Below, piece by piece: positions 20,427 to 29,605 of a stretch of DNA of 64,000 nt. The stretch comes from an uncultured Gemmatimonadales bacterium (lineage in GTDB: Bacteria > Gemmatimonadota > Gemmatimonadetes > Gemmatimonadales > GWC2-71-9): contig CAVZZO010000001.1 in NCBI GenBank assembly GCA_963779755.1, positions 1,472,001 through 1,536,000 on the forward strand, written 5' to 3'. Within the stretch, counting starts at the first letter, position 1, and each line of letters starts with the position of its first letter. The notes under the pieces were generated by a model. That model saw nothing but the letters and a program-made list of their open reading frames with translations, was not told where the DNA came from and searched no databases. Made by a program: the position numbers and the translations under genes.

Positions 20427-20596
20427 GGCCGCTCGCGCCGGCCCAGTTCCCTCGCGAGTTCTGCCAGATGGCTGGCCATGGTCTCCTGCGCCCGCATGCT
20501 GCGCCAGAGGGCCGTCAAACCCACGGCCACGACGGCGATCCAGATCAGGCCATACAGCAGCATCATGCCGCCCCAGGCGCCCTGCATTCCCCACAT
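20423..20596 (-). CDS. 57-aa single-TM Met-rich micro-protein (missing from ORF track)
   Basis: GGAGGTG RBS; MWGMQGAWGGMMLLYGLIWIAVVAVGLTALWRSMRAQETMASHLAELARELGRRERP; stop shares CTAG with the cytochrome stop. Confidence 0.75.
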   Translation of the reverse strand: MWGMQGAWGGMMLLYGLIWIAVVAVGLTALWRSMRAQETMASHLAELARELGRRERP

Positions 20597-20615
20597 GATT
20601 CACCTCCGGAAAAGG

Positions 20616-20654
20616 TTCTGGCCGGGAGTGTTCCGGGAACACCCCCGGCCGGAA
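20616..20654. terminator. Long hairpin downstream of the DUF411 gene
   Basis: ttctggccgggagtgttc...gaacacccccggccggaa imperfect inverted repeat. Confidence 0.5.
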
Positions 20655-20662
20655 AGTACCAC

Positions 20663-21145
20663 TCAGTGCTGCTGGTACAGGCTGGTCGAGCCGTCCGCCG
20701 CGAACGCGATCACATTGTAGGGGGCCCGCTCGCCGTCCATGCCGGGTGACCCGGCCGGCATGCCGGGAGCCGCGAGTCCGGCCACCGCCGGGTGTTCCCG
20801 CAGGAGCCGGATGATATCCTCCGCCGGCACGTGGCCCTCGATGACATAACCCTTGACCAGCGCAGTGTGGCACGAGGCCAGCTCCTGCGGCACCCCGTGC
20901 TCCCGCATGGCCGCGGCGGGATCGGCGGCTTCCTTCACTTCAACCCTGAACCCGTGCGATTGCAGGTGTGCGACCCACTTCCCGCAGCAGCCGCAGCTGG
21001 GGCTCTTGTACACGACGACCGTCTCGCCGGTCGTCCGGGGGCCCCGCAGGGCCATGACCAGGACGGCCGCCAGAGCCAGGGTCGTTGCGGCGAGCAGCGG
21101 GCGGATCCAGCGGCGGCCGGCGGGCCGCGGTTTCCTTGGGGACAT
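20663..21145 (-). CDS. DUF411 / CopG-like periplasmic metal-binding protein
   Basis: VYKSPSCGCCGKW, SCHTA, YVIEGHVPA, GLAAPGMPAGSPGM. Confidence 0.9.
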   Translation of the reverse strand: MSPRKPRPAGRRWIRPLLAATTLALAAVLVMALRGPRTTGETVVVYKSPSCGCCGKWVAHLQSHGFRVEVKEAADPAAAMREHGVPQELASCHTALVKGYVIEGHVPAEDIIRLLREHPAVAGLAAPGMPAGSPGMDGERAPYNVIAFAADGSTSLYQQH

Positions 21146-21187
21146 GACCGATATTCTCCTTCTCTTCGTAAGGTTGAGGCTCCCCGG

Positions 21188-21538
21188 CTATTCCAGCGCC
21201 TGGAGCCCGGTCACTCCGGTCCGGATCTTGGTGACTTGCAGTACCGGCTGGACGTAGACGATGCCATCGCCGCGGCGGCCGGTGTGCGCCGTTCGGACCA
21301 GGATCTCGGTGAACATGTCTTCCCGCTCTCGGGCGCAGATAAAGGTCACCTGGGCCTTATCAGTGGATTCCACGGCCTCATCCAGCGAGACCCGGGCGGA
21401 GGCCGGATCCACCCCGGCCCCGATCGCATGCACCCGGCCGACGGTAAGGCGGGGTACTCCGGCCTCCTTGAGCCGGTGGACCACCCGCTCCAGCATCTCA
21501 CGCCGCACGATGGCGTGGATGGCGACCAGTTCCGGCAT
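21188..21538 (-). CDS. P-II superfamily protein associated with heavy-metal efflux
   Basis: IHAIVR...V...L...G...LTV..V...G; AHTGRRGDGIVYVQPV...KIRTG; GGAGGAG RBS; start MPELV at 21538. Confidence 0.85.
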   Translation of the reverse strand: MPELVAIHAIVRREMLERVVHRLKEAGVPRLTVGRVHAIGAGVDPASARVSLDEAVESTDKAQVTFICAREREDMFTEILVRTAHTGRRGDGIVYVQPVLQVTKIRTGVTGLQALE

Positions 21539-21546
21539 GGCTCCTC

Positions 21547-24500
21547 CTAGTCCTCGACCGTGAGCGCCATCTCGTCCCGCAGTGCCTCGCGCACCAGCAG
21601 GTCGGGCCGCCGGGCGACCTGCCGCCGGCGCCAGAGCAGATAGATGGCGGGAATGACCGCGAGGGTGAGCATGGTGGCGGTGAGCATGCCGCCCACCATG
21701 GGGGAGGCGATGCGGCGCATGACGTCCGCCCCCGTGCCCGAGCTCCAGAGAATGGGCGCGAGGCCGGCGATGATGGCGGTGACGGTCATGACCACCGGCC
21801 GCAGCCGCTCCAGCGCGCCGTCCCGCACCGCGGCCGCGACATCGGCCGAGCATTGCATCCGGCCCTCCAGGCTGCGGCGGTGGAAGGCCTCGTCCAGGTA
21901 GATGAGCATCACGACGCCGGTTTCGGCGGCGACGCCGGCCAGGGCGATGAAGCCCACCCAGACCGCCACGCTGGTGTTGTAGCCCAGCGCCCAGAGGAAC
22001 CAGACGCCGCCCACAAGGGAAAACGGCAGCGCCAGCATGACGATGAGCGATTCAGGCACGCTCTTGAAGTTGAAATAGAGCAGCAGGAAGATGATGCCCA
22101 GGGTGACGGGCCCCACGAGCCGCATCTTCCGGGCGACCCGCTGCATGGATTCGTACTGTCCGCTCCAGACCAGGGTGTAGCCGGTGGGTAGCGTCAGCTG
22201 CTGCGCCACCGCCGCCTGCGCGTCCCGTACGTAGCTCCCCACGTCGCGCTCGCCGTTGTCCACGAAAATCGTGGTGACCGGGAAGGCGTTCTCCGTCTTG
22301 ACCGCCATGGGCCCCTGGACGATGCGCACCGCCGCCACCTGGCCCAGCGGGATCTGCCGGCCGCCCATGGCGGGCACCACCACTTCCTTGAGCTTTTCGA
22401 CGTTGTCGCGCAGCTCCCGGGGATACCGGACGTTGACGGCATACCGCTCGCGTCCTTCGACGGTGGTGGCGGCGGTGATGCCCCCGACAGTCGCCATGAT
22501 GGCGTTGTGGATGTCGCCCACGTTGAGTCCGTAACGCGCCGCCTCGGTGCGGTCCACATCGATGTCCACGTAATACCCCGAGACGCCCCGCTCGGCGAAG
22601 GCGCTGCGGGTGCCGGGCACCCGCTGCATGATGCGCTCCACCCGCATGCCCAGCGCCTGCAGCGTGTCGAGGCTGGGGCCGAAGATCTTGATGCCTACCG
22701 GCGTCCGGATCCCGGTCGCGAGCATATCGATGCGCCCCTTGATGGGCATGGTCCAGGCATTGGTGACCCCGGGCATGCGGGTGGCCTCATCCATGGCGGC
22801 CACCAGCTTCTCGTAGGTCATGCCGGCGGGCCACTGATCCTCGGGCTTGAGGGTGATGGTGGTTTCGTACATGTCGAGCGGCGCCGGATCGGTGGCGGTC
22901 GAGGCGCGGCCGGCCTTGCCCAGTACCCGTTCGACTTCGGGGAAGGACGCCAGCACACTGTCCTGGTAGCGCATGATGTCGCGCGCCTGCGCAATCGACA
23001 CGCCGGGCACCGTCGTGGGCATGAAGAGGATGGTGCCCTCATGCAGTTCCGGCATGAATTCGCTTCCCAGCCGACGCCAGGGCAGGATCGTTACCGCCAG
23101 GACCGCTATCGCCGCCAGAATGACCGTCCAGGGCCGCCGCAGGGCGAAGTCGATCACCGGGCGGTAGAGGCGCTGGAGCACGCGGTTCACCGGATTCTCC
23201 CGTTCCGGCCGGATCCGTCCGCGGATGAGATACCCCATCAGCACCGGAACCAGGGTAATGGAGAGAAACGCCGCCCCGGCCATGGCGAAGGTCTTGGTGA
23301 AGGCCAGCGGCTTGAAGAGACGCCCCTCCTGCTGCTCCAGGCTGAAGACCGGCAGGAAGCTGAAGGTGATGATGAGCAGGGAGAAGAACAGCGGCGGCCC
23401 CACCTGCTTGGCGCTCTCCAGGACGATCTCCCAGCGGGAGGTGCCCGGCTCCGCGCGCTCCAGGTGTTTGTGCATGTTCTCGATCATGACGATCGCCGCA
23501 TCCACCATCGCTCCGATGGCGATGGCGATCCCCCCCAGGCTCATGATGTTGGCGTTGACCCCGATGGCGCGCATGACCAGGAACGAGATGAGAATCCCCA
23601 GCGGCAGCGTGATGATCGCCACCAGGGCGGAGCGGAAGTGCAGCAGGAACAGCACGGCCACCGCCGCCACGATCAGCGACTCCTCCACCAGCTTGTCGCG
23701 CAGGGTGTCGATGGCGCGATGGATGAGGTCGCTCCGGTCGTAGGCGGTGACGAGGCGCACCCCATGGGGCAGCCCCTTCTGGATCTCGGCCAGGCGGGCC
23801 TTCACCGCCTCGATGGTCTTGAGGGCGTCGGAGCCGAACCGCATCACCACGATGCCGGCGACGACTTCGCCCTTCCCGTCGAGATCGGCGGCGCCGCGGC
23901 GCGGCGCGGGGCCGACCTGGACGTTGGCCACGTCGGCAACCCGGATGGGCGTGCCGTTCATGGTGGCGCCCACGGTGACGTCTTCGATGTCGGCGACGCC
24001 CTGGAGATAGCCCAGGCCGCGAATCATGTACTCCCGGCCGCCCATCTCCAGCACCCGGGCGCCGATGTCCACGTTGTGCGAGCCGATGGCCTGCGCCACC
24101 CGGGTGACCGGGATGTTGAAGGCGCGGAGCCGTTCCGGGTTCACCTCGACCTGGTACTGCTTCTGGAAGCCGCCCAGGCTGGCGACTTCGGAGACGCCCG
24201 GCACGGCGGTGAGCTGGTAGCGGATATACCAGTCCTGCAGGGTCCGGAGCTGGGCGAGATCCAGGCTGTCGGACTCGAGCACGTACTCGAAGACCCAGCC
24301 CACCCCGGTGGCATCCGGTCCCAATGTCGGTTCCACCCCGGTCGGCAGGGTCTTGCGAATGCCGTTGAGGTATTCCAGGACGCGGCTCCGGGCCCAGTAG
24401 ATGTCGGTGCCGTCTTCGAAGATGACGTACACCAGGCTGAGGCCGAAGAACGAGTAGCCCCGGACCACCCGGGCGCCGGGTACCTTCAGCATCTCGGAGG

Positions 24501-24708
24501 TGATGGGATAGGTGACCTGGTCCTCCACGATGCCCGGAGCCTGCTCGGCGAAGTCGGTCTGGATGATGACCTGCACGTCCGACAGGTCGGGGATGGCGTC
24601 GAGCGGCGTGGTGCGCATGGCCCAGACCCCGCCGGCAATGAGCGCGGCGGTGCCCAGCAGCACCAGGAAGCGGTTGCGCAAGGACCAGGCGATGACGGCG
24701 TTAATCAT
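21547..24708 (-). CDS. cusA: CusA/SilA-type heavy-metal RND efflux transporter (Cu+/Ag+)
   Basis: TPLDAIPDLSDVQVII, WARSRVLEYL, GAMVDAAIVMIEN, GVAAETG; Met triad contexts LFMPTT, PLDMYET, RIDMLATG. Confidence 0.93.
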   Translation of the reverse strand: MINAVIAWSLRNRFLVLLGTAALIAGGVWAMRTTPLDAIPDLSDVQVIIQTDFAEQAPGIVEDQVTYPITSEMLKVPGARVVRGYSFFGLSLVYVIFEDGTDIYWARSRVLEYLNGIRKTLPTGVEPTLGPDATGVGWVFEYVLESDSLDLAQLRTLQDWYIRYQLTAVPGVSEVASLGGFQKQYQVEVNPERLRAFNIPVTRVAQAIGSHNVDIGARVLEMGGREYMIRGLGYLQGVADIEDVTVGATMNGTPIRVADVANVQVGPAPRRGAADLDGKGEVVAGIVVMRFGSDALKTIEAVKARLAEIQKGLPHGVRLVTAYDRSDLIHRAIDTLRDKLVEESLIVAAVAVLFLLHFRSALVAIITLPLGILISFLVMRAIGVNANIMSLGGIAIAIGAMVDAAIVMIENMHKHLERAEPGTSRWEIVLESAKQVGPPLFFSLLIITFSFLPVFSLEQQEGRLFKPLAFTKTFAMAGAAFLSITLVPVLMGYLIRGRIRPERENPVNRVLQRLYRPVIDFALRRPWTVILAAIAVLAVTILPWRRLGSEFMPELHEGTILFMPTTVPGVSIAQARDIMRYQDSVLASFPEVERVLGKAGRASTATDPAPLDMYETTITLKPEDQWPAGMTYEKLVAAMDEATRMPGVTNAWTMPIKGRIDMLATGIRTPVGIKIFGPSLDTLQALGMRVERIMQRVPGTRSAFAERGVSGYYVDIDVDRTEAARYGLNVGDIHNAIMATVGGITAATTVEGRERYAVNVRYPRELRDNVEKLKEVVVPAMGGRQIPLGQVAAVRIVQGPMAVKTENAFPVTTIFVDNGERDVGSYVRDAQAAVAQQLTLPTGYTLVWSGQYESMQRVARKMRLVGPVTLGIIFLLLYFNFKSVPESLIVMLALPFSLVGGVWFLWALGYNTSVAVWVGFIALAGVAAETGVVMLIYLDEAFHRRSLEGRMQCSADVAAAVRDGALERLRPVVMTVTAIIAGLAPILWSSGTGADVMRRIASPMVGGMLTATMLTLAVIPAIYLLWRRRQVARRPDLLVREALRDEMALTVED

Positions 24709-25927
24709 GGGAATGCTCCGCCGGGGCCGAGGGCGTCGAGGGGCTCATGTGCTGCATGCCGGGCATGGAGGCACCGGTGGTTCCCAGCCGGGACTCGGCG
24801 TCCACCAGGAAGTTGGCCGACCCGACGATCGTCTCGCCTTCTTCCAGCCCGCTGAGCACCTGCACCCGGTCTCCACCCCGGGCGCCGAGCACGACCTCCC
24901 GGGGCGAGAGCATGCCGCTGGAGTCGCGCACGAAAACCAGGTTGCGTTCGCCGGTCGCGATGACCGCGGCCATGGGAACCGACGGATACCGCTCGCTCAG
25001 GTCCGAATCGAAGTAGATGGTGGCGAACATACCGGGCTTGAGGCGCAGGTCGCGGTTGGGTACGGTGACCCGGACCCGATTGGTGCGGCTGTGCACGTCC
25101 ACGGTGGGATACACGAAACTCACCCGTCCCATCACGTGTTCCCCGGGATAGGCGGACACCTCGATATGTGCCTGGGTGCCGGTACGAACGAACTTGAGGT
25201 CCTGCTCGAACATCTCGCCTTCCACCCAGACCTCGCGCAGATCGGCAATCTGGTAGAGTTTCTCGCCCGGCATCACCCGCTGCCCCTCGAGCACGCTCTT
25301 CTCCAGGACGATGCCACTCACCGGTGAGACCAGGGTGAGCGTCTTGGTCACCTCGCCGGTGCGCTCCAGGCGGTTGATCTGCGCCGGGGTGATGTCCCAC
25401 CAGGCCAGGCGGCGTCGGGACGACTCCAGGGTGGCCTGGGCCCCGGCCCACGCCTCGCCCGCCGAGCTGTCCACCATGCCGGCCAACCGCTTCGCCGTCA
25501 GGAATTCCTCCTGTGCCGCGACCAGGTCGGGGCTGTAGATAGAGAGGAGCGTCTGGCCCCGCCGCACCGACTCGCCGGTGGTGTTCACGTACAAGTGCTC
25601 GACGTAGCCGGCCACCTTGGGTGTCACGTCGGCGACGTTCTGTTCCGGCGCCAGGATCTCGCCCACCGTGCGGATGGTCCGGGTGAGCGGCTCGCGCTGG
25701 ACCGTGGTGTACGTCACACCCAGCGCCTGCTCCTGCTGGGCGGTGAGATGGACGGCCTGGCGGACGGCGGTGCCGGCGCTATCCATCGCCCCCTGGGTTC
25801 CGCCCGCCTGCATCTTCGCGTGCTCTTCTGCGGTCATCCCCGCCATGGGTGAGGCCTCGTCGGCGGACTTGCCGCAGGCTGCCAGGCCCAGGGCCACCGC
25901 CAGGGCGGCGCTCCAGATCATTCTCAT
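24701..25927 (-). CDS. cusB: CusB-like RND periplasmic adaptor subunit
   Basis: Lipobox LAAC; GYVEHLYV..TGE.V..GQ.L..IYSPDLVAAQEE; LKPGMF; Met/His-rich termini. Confidence 0.9.
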   Translation of the reverse strand: MRMIWSAALAVALGLAACGKSADEASPMAGMTAEEHAKMQAGGTQGAMDSAGTAVRQAVHLTAQQEQALGVTYTTVQREPLTRTIRTVGEILAPEQNVADVTPKVAGYVEHLYVNTTGESVRRGQTLLSIYSPDLVAAQEEFLTAKRLAGMVDSSAGEAWAGAQATLESSRRRLAWWDITPAQINRLERTGEVTKTLTLVSPVSGIVLEKSVLEGQRVMPGEKLYQIADLREVWVEGEMFEQDLKFVRTGTQAHIEVSAYPGEHVMGRVSFVYPTVDVHSRTNRVRVTVPNRDLRLKPGMFATIYFDSDLSERYPSVPMAAVIATGERNLVFVRDSSGMLSPREVVLGARGGDRVQVLSGLEEGETIVGSANFLVDAESRLGTTGASMPGMQHMSPSTPSAPAEHSHD

Positions 25928-27204
25928 TGGTTCTCTCCTTCAGTGCCCAGCAGGGCCTGGATACGCGCCATGGCCTGCTGCCACGAGGCGGCATAGCGGA
26001 TGGCATCTACTTCGTAGCGGTTCACGGTCAGCTCGTTCTGGATCAGCGTCTGGAAATCCACCCGCCCCACCCGGTAGGCCGAAAGGGCCGATTCTACTGC
26101 CGCGTGCGCCTGGGGCAGGATGGCGGTGCGGTACAGCTCCGCGAGATCGCGCGCCCGCTCCGCCTCCGCCCGCTGCTCGGTCAACTGGGCAAAGGTCTCG
26201 TTGGCCAGATCCTGCGCCATGGCTTCCTCCCCCGCCTGCATGGCCGCCATCTCCCGGCGCAGGGGGAGTTGCCGTTTCCCGGCCCAGATGGGGAGGCTCA
26301 CGCCCACCATGATGCTCACCATGTCGTCGAACTGGGGACGTTGACCGTAGGCAACCGAGACCATCAGGTCGGGGTACAGCGCGCGGCGTGCGGCGCGATA
26401 GCCCGCCCGCGCGGCCTCCACCCGCTCCGACGCGGCCGCCAGGGCGGGCCGCTTGTGCACGGCAATTGCGAACAGGGAATCGCCGGCGGGCAAGGGATCG
26501 CCAGGGGCGGGAAGGAGCAGGGTGCCCACTGGCGCCATGGCATCCCGGCCGAGCTGGGCGTTGAAGCGGGCCGCCATGGCCTGGCGGTCCTGCTGCATCA
26601 CCGTGATGTCCCCGGTCATCCGGGCGATGGCGACCTGGGCCTGGAGTACGTCCTGCTGCAGGCCCTCGCCGGTGGCGTAGCGGCTCTGCGAGACCTTGAA
26701 GAAGTCCCGGAGCAGCTCGCGGGTATCGCCCATGACGGCCAGGGCCCGGTCCATGTAGGCCAGCTCGTAGTAGAGGACGGTCACCCGGCTTTCGAGCTGG
26801 AGCTCCGCCTCATCCGCGCTCAGGCTGCCGGCGCGGGAGAGGTGCGTGGCCCGCTCTCGTGCAAAACCGAGCTTGCCGGGCCAGGGGAAGGTCTGGGACA
26901 GTTCCAGCTGGTCCATGGTCATGGCCTGTCCGGTTCCGAAGCCGTCGAGCGGCCGGTTCATAAGGCCGAGGGAAAGCCGGGGATCGGGGAGTGCCCCGGC
27001 CGGCGAGATGCGCTCCGCGGCGGCCCGGGCCGAGCTGCGCGCGGCCTGGAGCGCGGGATTATTCTCGCGGGCGATCCGAATGGCGTCTTCCAGCCGGAGC
27101 GTATCCGTGCCGGCGCCCTGGGCCTGGGCCCATCCGGGCGCGGCGATCATCATGAGTATCAGGCACAACCACTCCAGCCGGTTGCGCGGCTTCGAACGGG
27201 ACAT
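25924..27204 (-). CDS. TolC/CusC-family outer membrane efflux protein
   Basis: Signal peptide; LRLEDAI..A...NP.L; LSQTFPWPGK; YRVGRVDF; first gene of the CBA operon. Confidence 0.88.
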   Translation of the reverse strand: MSRSKPRNRLEWLCLILMMIAAPGWAQAQGAGTDTLRLEDAIRIARENNPALQAARSSARAAAERISPAGALPDPRLSLGLMNRPLDGFGTGQAMTMDQLELSQTFPWPGKLGFARERATHLSRAGSLSADEAELQLESRVTVLYYELAYMDRALAVMGDTRELLRDFFKVSQSRYATGEGLQQDVLQAQVAIARMTGDITVMQQDRQAMAARFNAQLGRDAMAPVGTLLLPAPGDPLPAGDSLFAIAVHKRPALAAASERVEAARAGYRAARRALYPDLMVSVAYGQRPQFDDMVSIMVGVSLPIWAGKRQLPLRREMAAMQAGEEAMAQDLANETFAQLTEQRAEAERARDLAELYRTAILPQAHAAVESALSAYRVGRVDFQTLIQNELTVNRYEVDAIRYAASWQQAMARIQALLGTEGENQ

Positions 27205-27285
27205 ACCTCTCCTGGTCGTTCAATTGTTGGAATCTCCCCGGCGCATCAGAGCCGATGCGTCAGGGTACATGTCAGCTGGGAGAGG

Positions 27286-27612
27286 TCAGACTTCGGGAGG
27301 TGGGAGGAGCGGGGCGGCGGGATCGGCCGGCTGGAACCGGGAGCGTTCCACCGTGGAAATGCGGTGCAGCGGAGTGGCGAAGGACAGCGCGACGACCGGA
27401 TGGATGACGGCTGGGGCCGGCACGCCGCAGACTGCCGGCATGGCGCAGCCGGTTGAGGACGGTACGCCCGGGAGCATTCCCTGCCCATGATCACCCGGCA
27501 GGCTTGCCTGGTGACAGGGTGCAGTGGCCGGCATGTGGCACAAAGCAGGCGCCGCCAGCCAGAACAGCTGGCTGACCAGCAACAGTGCCGACAGATTCCG
27601 GATCAAGCGCAC
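27286..27612 (-). CDS. Cys/His-containing leader protein upstream of the CBA operon (DUF2946/CzcI-like)
   Basis: AAGGAG RBS plus GTG; hydrophobic N-terminus; CH..CH..C....C; C-terminal PPP. Confidence 0.55.
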   Translation of the reverse strand: MRLIRNLSALLLVSQLFWLAAPALCHMPATAPCHQASLPGDHGQGMLPGVPSSTGCAMPAVCGVPAPAVIHPVVALSFATPLHRISTVERSRFQPADPAAPLLPPPEV

Positions 27613-27775
27613 CTGGGCTCCTTTGACATCCACTCGCCGGACGCTGGAATCTATGTTCCGGCGCGGCACCCCGGCAATCGGGGGCCCGGCATGTCGCAAT
27701 CTGGCCTTTGACATTGTCGCTCAACTGAAGAATTTGTGAGCATCTCTTCACGATTCAGGGAGATGGAGGGCGCTT

Positions 27776-28954
27776 ATGCACTCATCCATGCTCGAGGCCA
27801 TCGGCCGCGCCCTCTCCATGGCCTTCACCATGGGCTGGGAGATTCTCTGGGCGCTGGTTCTGGGATTCACGCTCTCCGGGGTGGTGCAGGCGGTAGTCTC
27901 GAAGCGGGAGATGCGCCGCCTGCTGCCGGACGATTCCCCCCGTTCCCTCCTGCTGGCCACCGGGCTCGGCGCCGCGTCCTCCTCCTGTTCCTATGCGGCC
28001 GTCGCGCTGGCGCGCTCGCTCTTCCGCAAGGGGGCCGATTTCACGGCGGCCATGGCCTTCCAGTTCGCTTCGACCAACCTGGTAATCGAGCTGGGCATCC
28101 TGCTGGCGGTGCTGATGGGGTGGCAGTTCACGCTGGCGGAGGCGGTGGGCGGGCCGCTGATGATCGTGCTGCTGGTGGTGTTCTTCCGGATGTTCCTCTC
28201 GCCCCGGCTGGTGAACGCCGCGCGACAGCAGGCGGAACGCGGGCTGGCGGGGCGGATGGAGGGGCACGCCAAGATGGATATGTCGGTGAAGGGCGGTGGG
28301 TCGCTCTGGCATCGGCTCTGGTCGCCGGAGGGTCGGACGGCCACGAGCCACTATTTCGTGATGGACTGGGCCTCGGTCTGGATGGACATCGCGGGGGGAC
28401 TGCTGATCAGCGGCGCGCTGGCCGCCTGGGTGCCTCACGAATTCTGGCAGGGCTTCTTCCTGAGCGGCCACCCCCTCGTGGCAAAGTTCTGGGGGCCGAT
28501 CATCGGGCCGGTAGTGGCGATCGCCTCATTCGTGTGCTCGGTGGGGAACGTGCCCCTTGCCGCCGTGCTGTGGAACGGCGGAATCAGCTTCGGCGGCGTG
28601 GTGGCGTTCATCTTCGGCGACCTGATCGTGCTGCCCATTCTCAACATCTACCGTAAGTACTATGGCTGGAAAGTGACCGTATTCCTGCTGGGCACCTTCT
28701 ATGTGGCCATGGTCCTGGCGGCGCTTGGCGTCGAGTTCCTGTTCCAGGTGCTCGGCTTGATCCCGGCACACCGGCAGGCGCGGGTGGTGGAAGCAGCGGT
28801 CACCTGGAACTATACCACCTGGCTGAATCTCTCCTTTCTCGCGCTGGCGACGTTGCTGGTGATGCGGTTCCTTCGCACCGGCGGGCCGAAGATGCTGCGG
28901 ATGATGAGCGGGCAGCCCCGGACGGCTCCGGCATCGGGCCAGCCGGAGAAATAA
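27776..28954 (+). CDS. ArsP/DUF318-like permease
   Basis: GAASSSCSYAA, FASTNL, SFVCSVGNVPLA; multiple TM segments; GGAGGG RBS. Confidence 0.8.
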   Translation: MHSSMLEAIGRALSMAFTMGWEILWALVLGFTLSGVVQAVVSKREMRRLLPDDSPRSLLLATGLGAASSSCSYAAVALARSLFRKGADFTAAMAFQFASTNLVIELGILLAVLMGWQFTLAEAVGGPLMIVLLVVFFRMFLSPRLVNAARQQAERGLAGRMEGHAKMDMSVKGGGSLWHRLWSPEGRTATSHYFVMDWASVWMDIAGGLLISGALAAWVPHEFWQGFFLSGHPLVAKFWGPIIGPVVAIASFVCSVGNVPLAAVLWNGGISFGGVVAFIFGDLIVLPILNIYRKYYGWKVTVFLLGTFYVAMVLAALGVEFLFQVLGLIPAHRQARVVEAAVTWNYTTWLNLSFLALATLLVMRFLRTGGPKMLRMMSGQPRTAPASGQPEK

Positions 28955-28955
28955 T

Positions 28956-29112
28956 GAACCGCAGATTACGCAGATTGCTACGGTCATCTGCCGGCGTCCG
29001 CTGAGCTTCGCCAGCCCGCCAGGACGAGAACCGTCGTTCGGTTCCTGCGCCCAAGAGGCTGGATCGGAGCATCCCTCCCTGTCGGAAATCCATCCTGCCT
29101 GATCTGCGGCTC
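28956..29112. repeat. MITE-like element bounded by nonamer-repeat inverted ends
   Basis: gaaccgcagattacgcagatt ... tgatctgcggctc (reverse complement gagccgcagatca). Confidence 0.55.
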
Positions 29113-29129
29113 AACTGATCTTGAGAGCG

Positions 29130-29507
29130 CTAGGATCCCTTCCCGGGTCCCTTGTTCTCCGGCGCCAGCAACTCATCCAGCAGCCGCCAGGTGTAGAAGG
29201 AGGCCCGGCCCCGCAGCGCATCCCAGCGTTGCCGGGTTTTGAGGGGAATGGCGTCCGTCACTTCTGCCATGCCGAGGTAGTAGGCGAATTCACTGAGATA
29301 TCCGGCCGACGAACTGGTCGCGTTGCGAAACATCCGGCGGTTGCCGGTACCCACCCCAAAGGCGAGCCGGGCGGCGGACCGCAGGGCGGTCCAGCGGAGG
29401 CGGTCGATGACGGCATCATCGAGTGCGCAGTCTTTGGTGTCCGTGAATACGGCCACCGCCAGGGCGTGGCAGCTCTTCCAGGCGTCGTTCTTCTCGAAGG
29501 TCATCAT
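29130..29507 (-). CDS. Divergent four-helix-bundle protein (23S-IVP / Avd-like family)
   Basis: 125 aa; TFEKNDAWKSCHALAVAVFTDT...DRLRWTALRSAARLAFG...FRNATSSSAGYLSE..Y.L resembles the family pattern F..L.vW.....L...vY..T...Q.RRAa.S...NiAEG...F...a.GS..E. Confidence 0.65.
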   Translation of the reverse strand: MMTFEKNDAWKSCHALAVAVFTDTKDCALDDAVIDRLRWTALRSAARLAFGVGTGNRRMFRNATSSSAGYLSEFAYYLGMAEVTDAIPLKTRQRWDALRGRASFYTWRLLDELLAPENKGPGKGS

Positions 29508-29605
29508 GGTGTCCCCGGTGGTTGCATTGGGGATACCAAGGTACGACCCGTCGCCGTTTTCGATGGACCATACGGCGGCGGGGCGTGCCGGAATGCCGCG
29601 GAGCC

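Noticed and set aside
27692..27735. CusR/CopR box in the divergent cus-permease promoter (ttgacattgtcg)
   Set aside because: The half-site spacing does not match the TGACAANNTTGTCA pattern, and no two-component system is in the window.
29130..29507. Diversity-generating retroelement suggested by the Avd-like gene
   Set aside because: No reverse transcriptase and no TR/VR pair with adenine-specific mismatches. The two 130-bp units are intergenic and differ at non-A sites and by indels.
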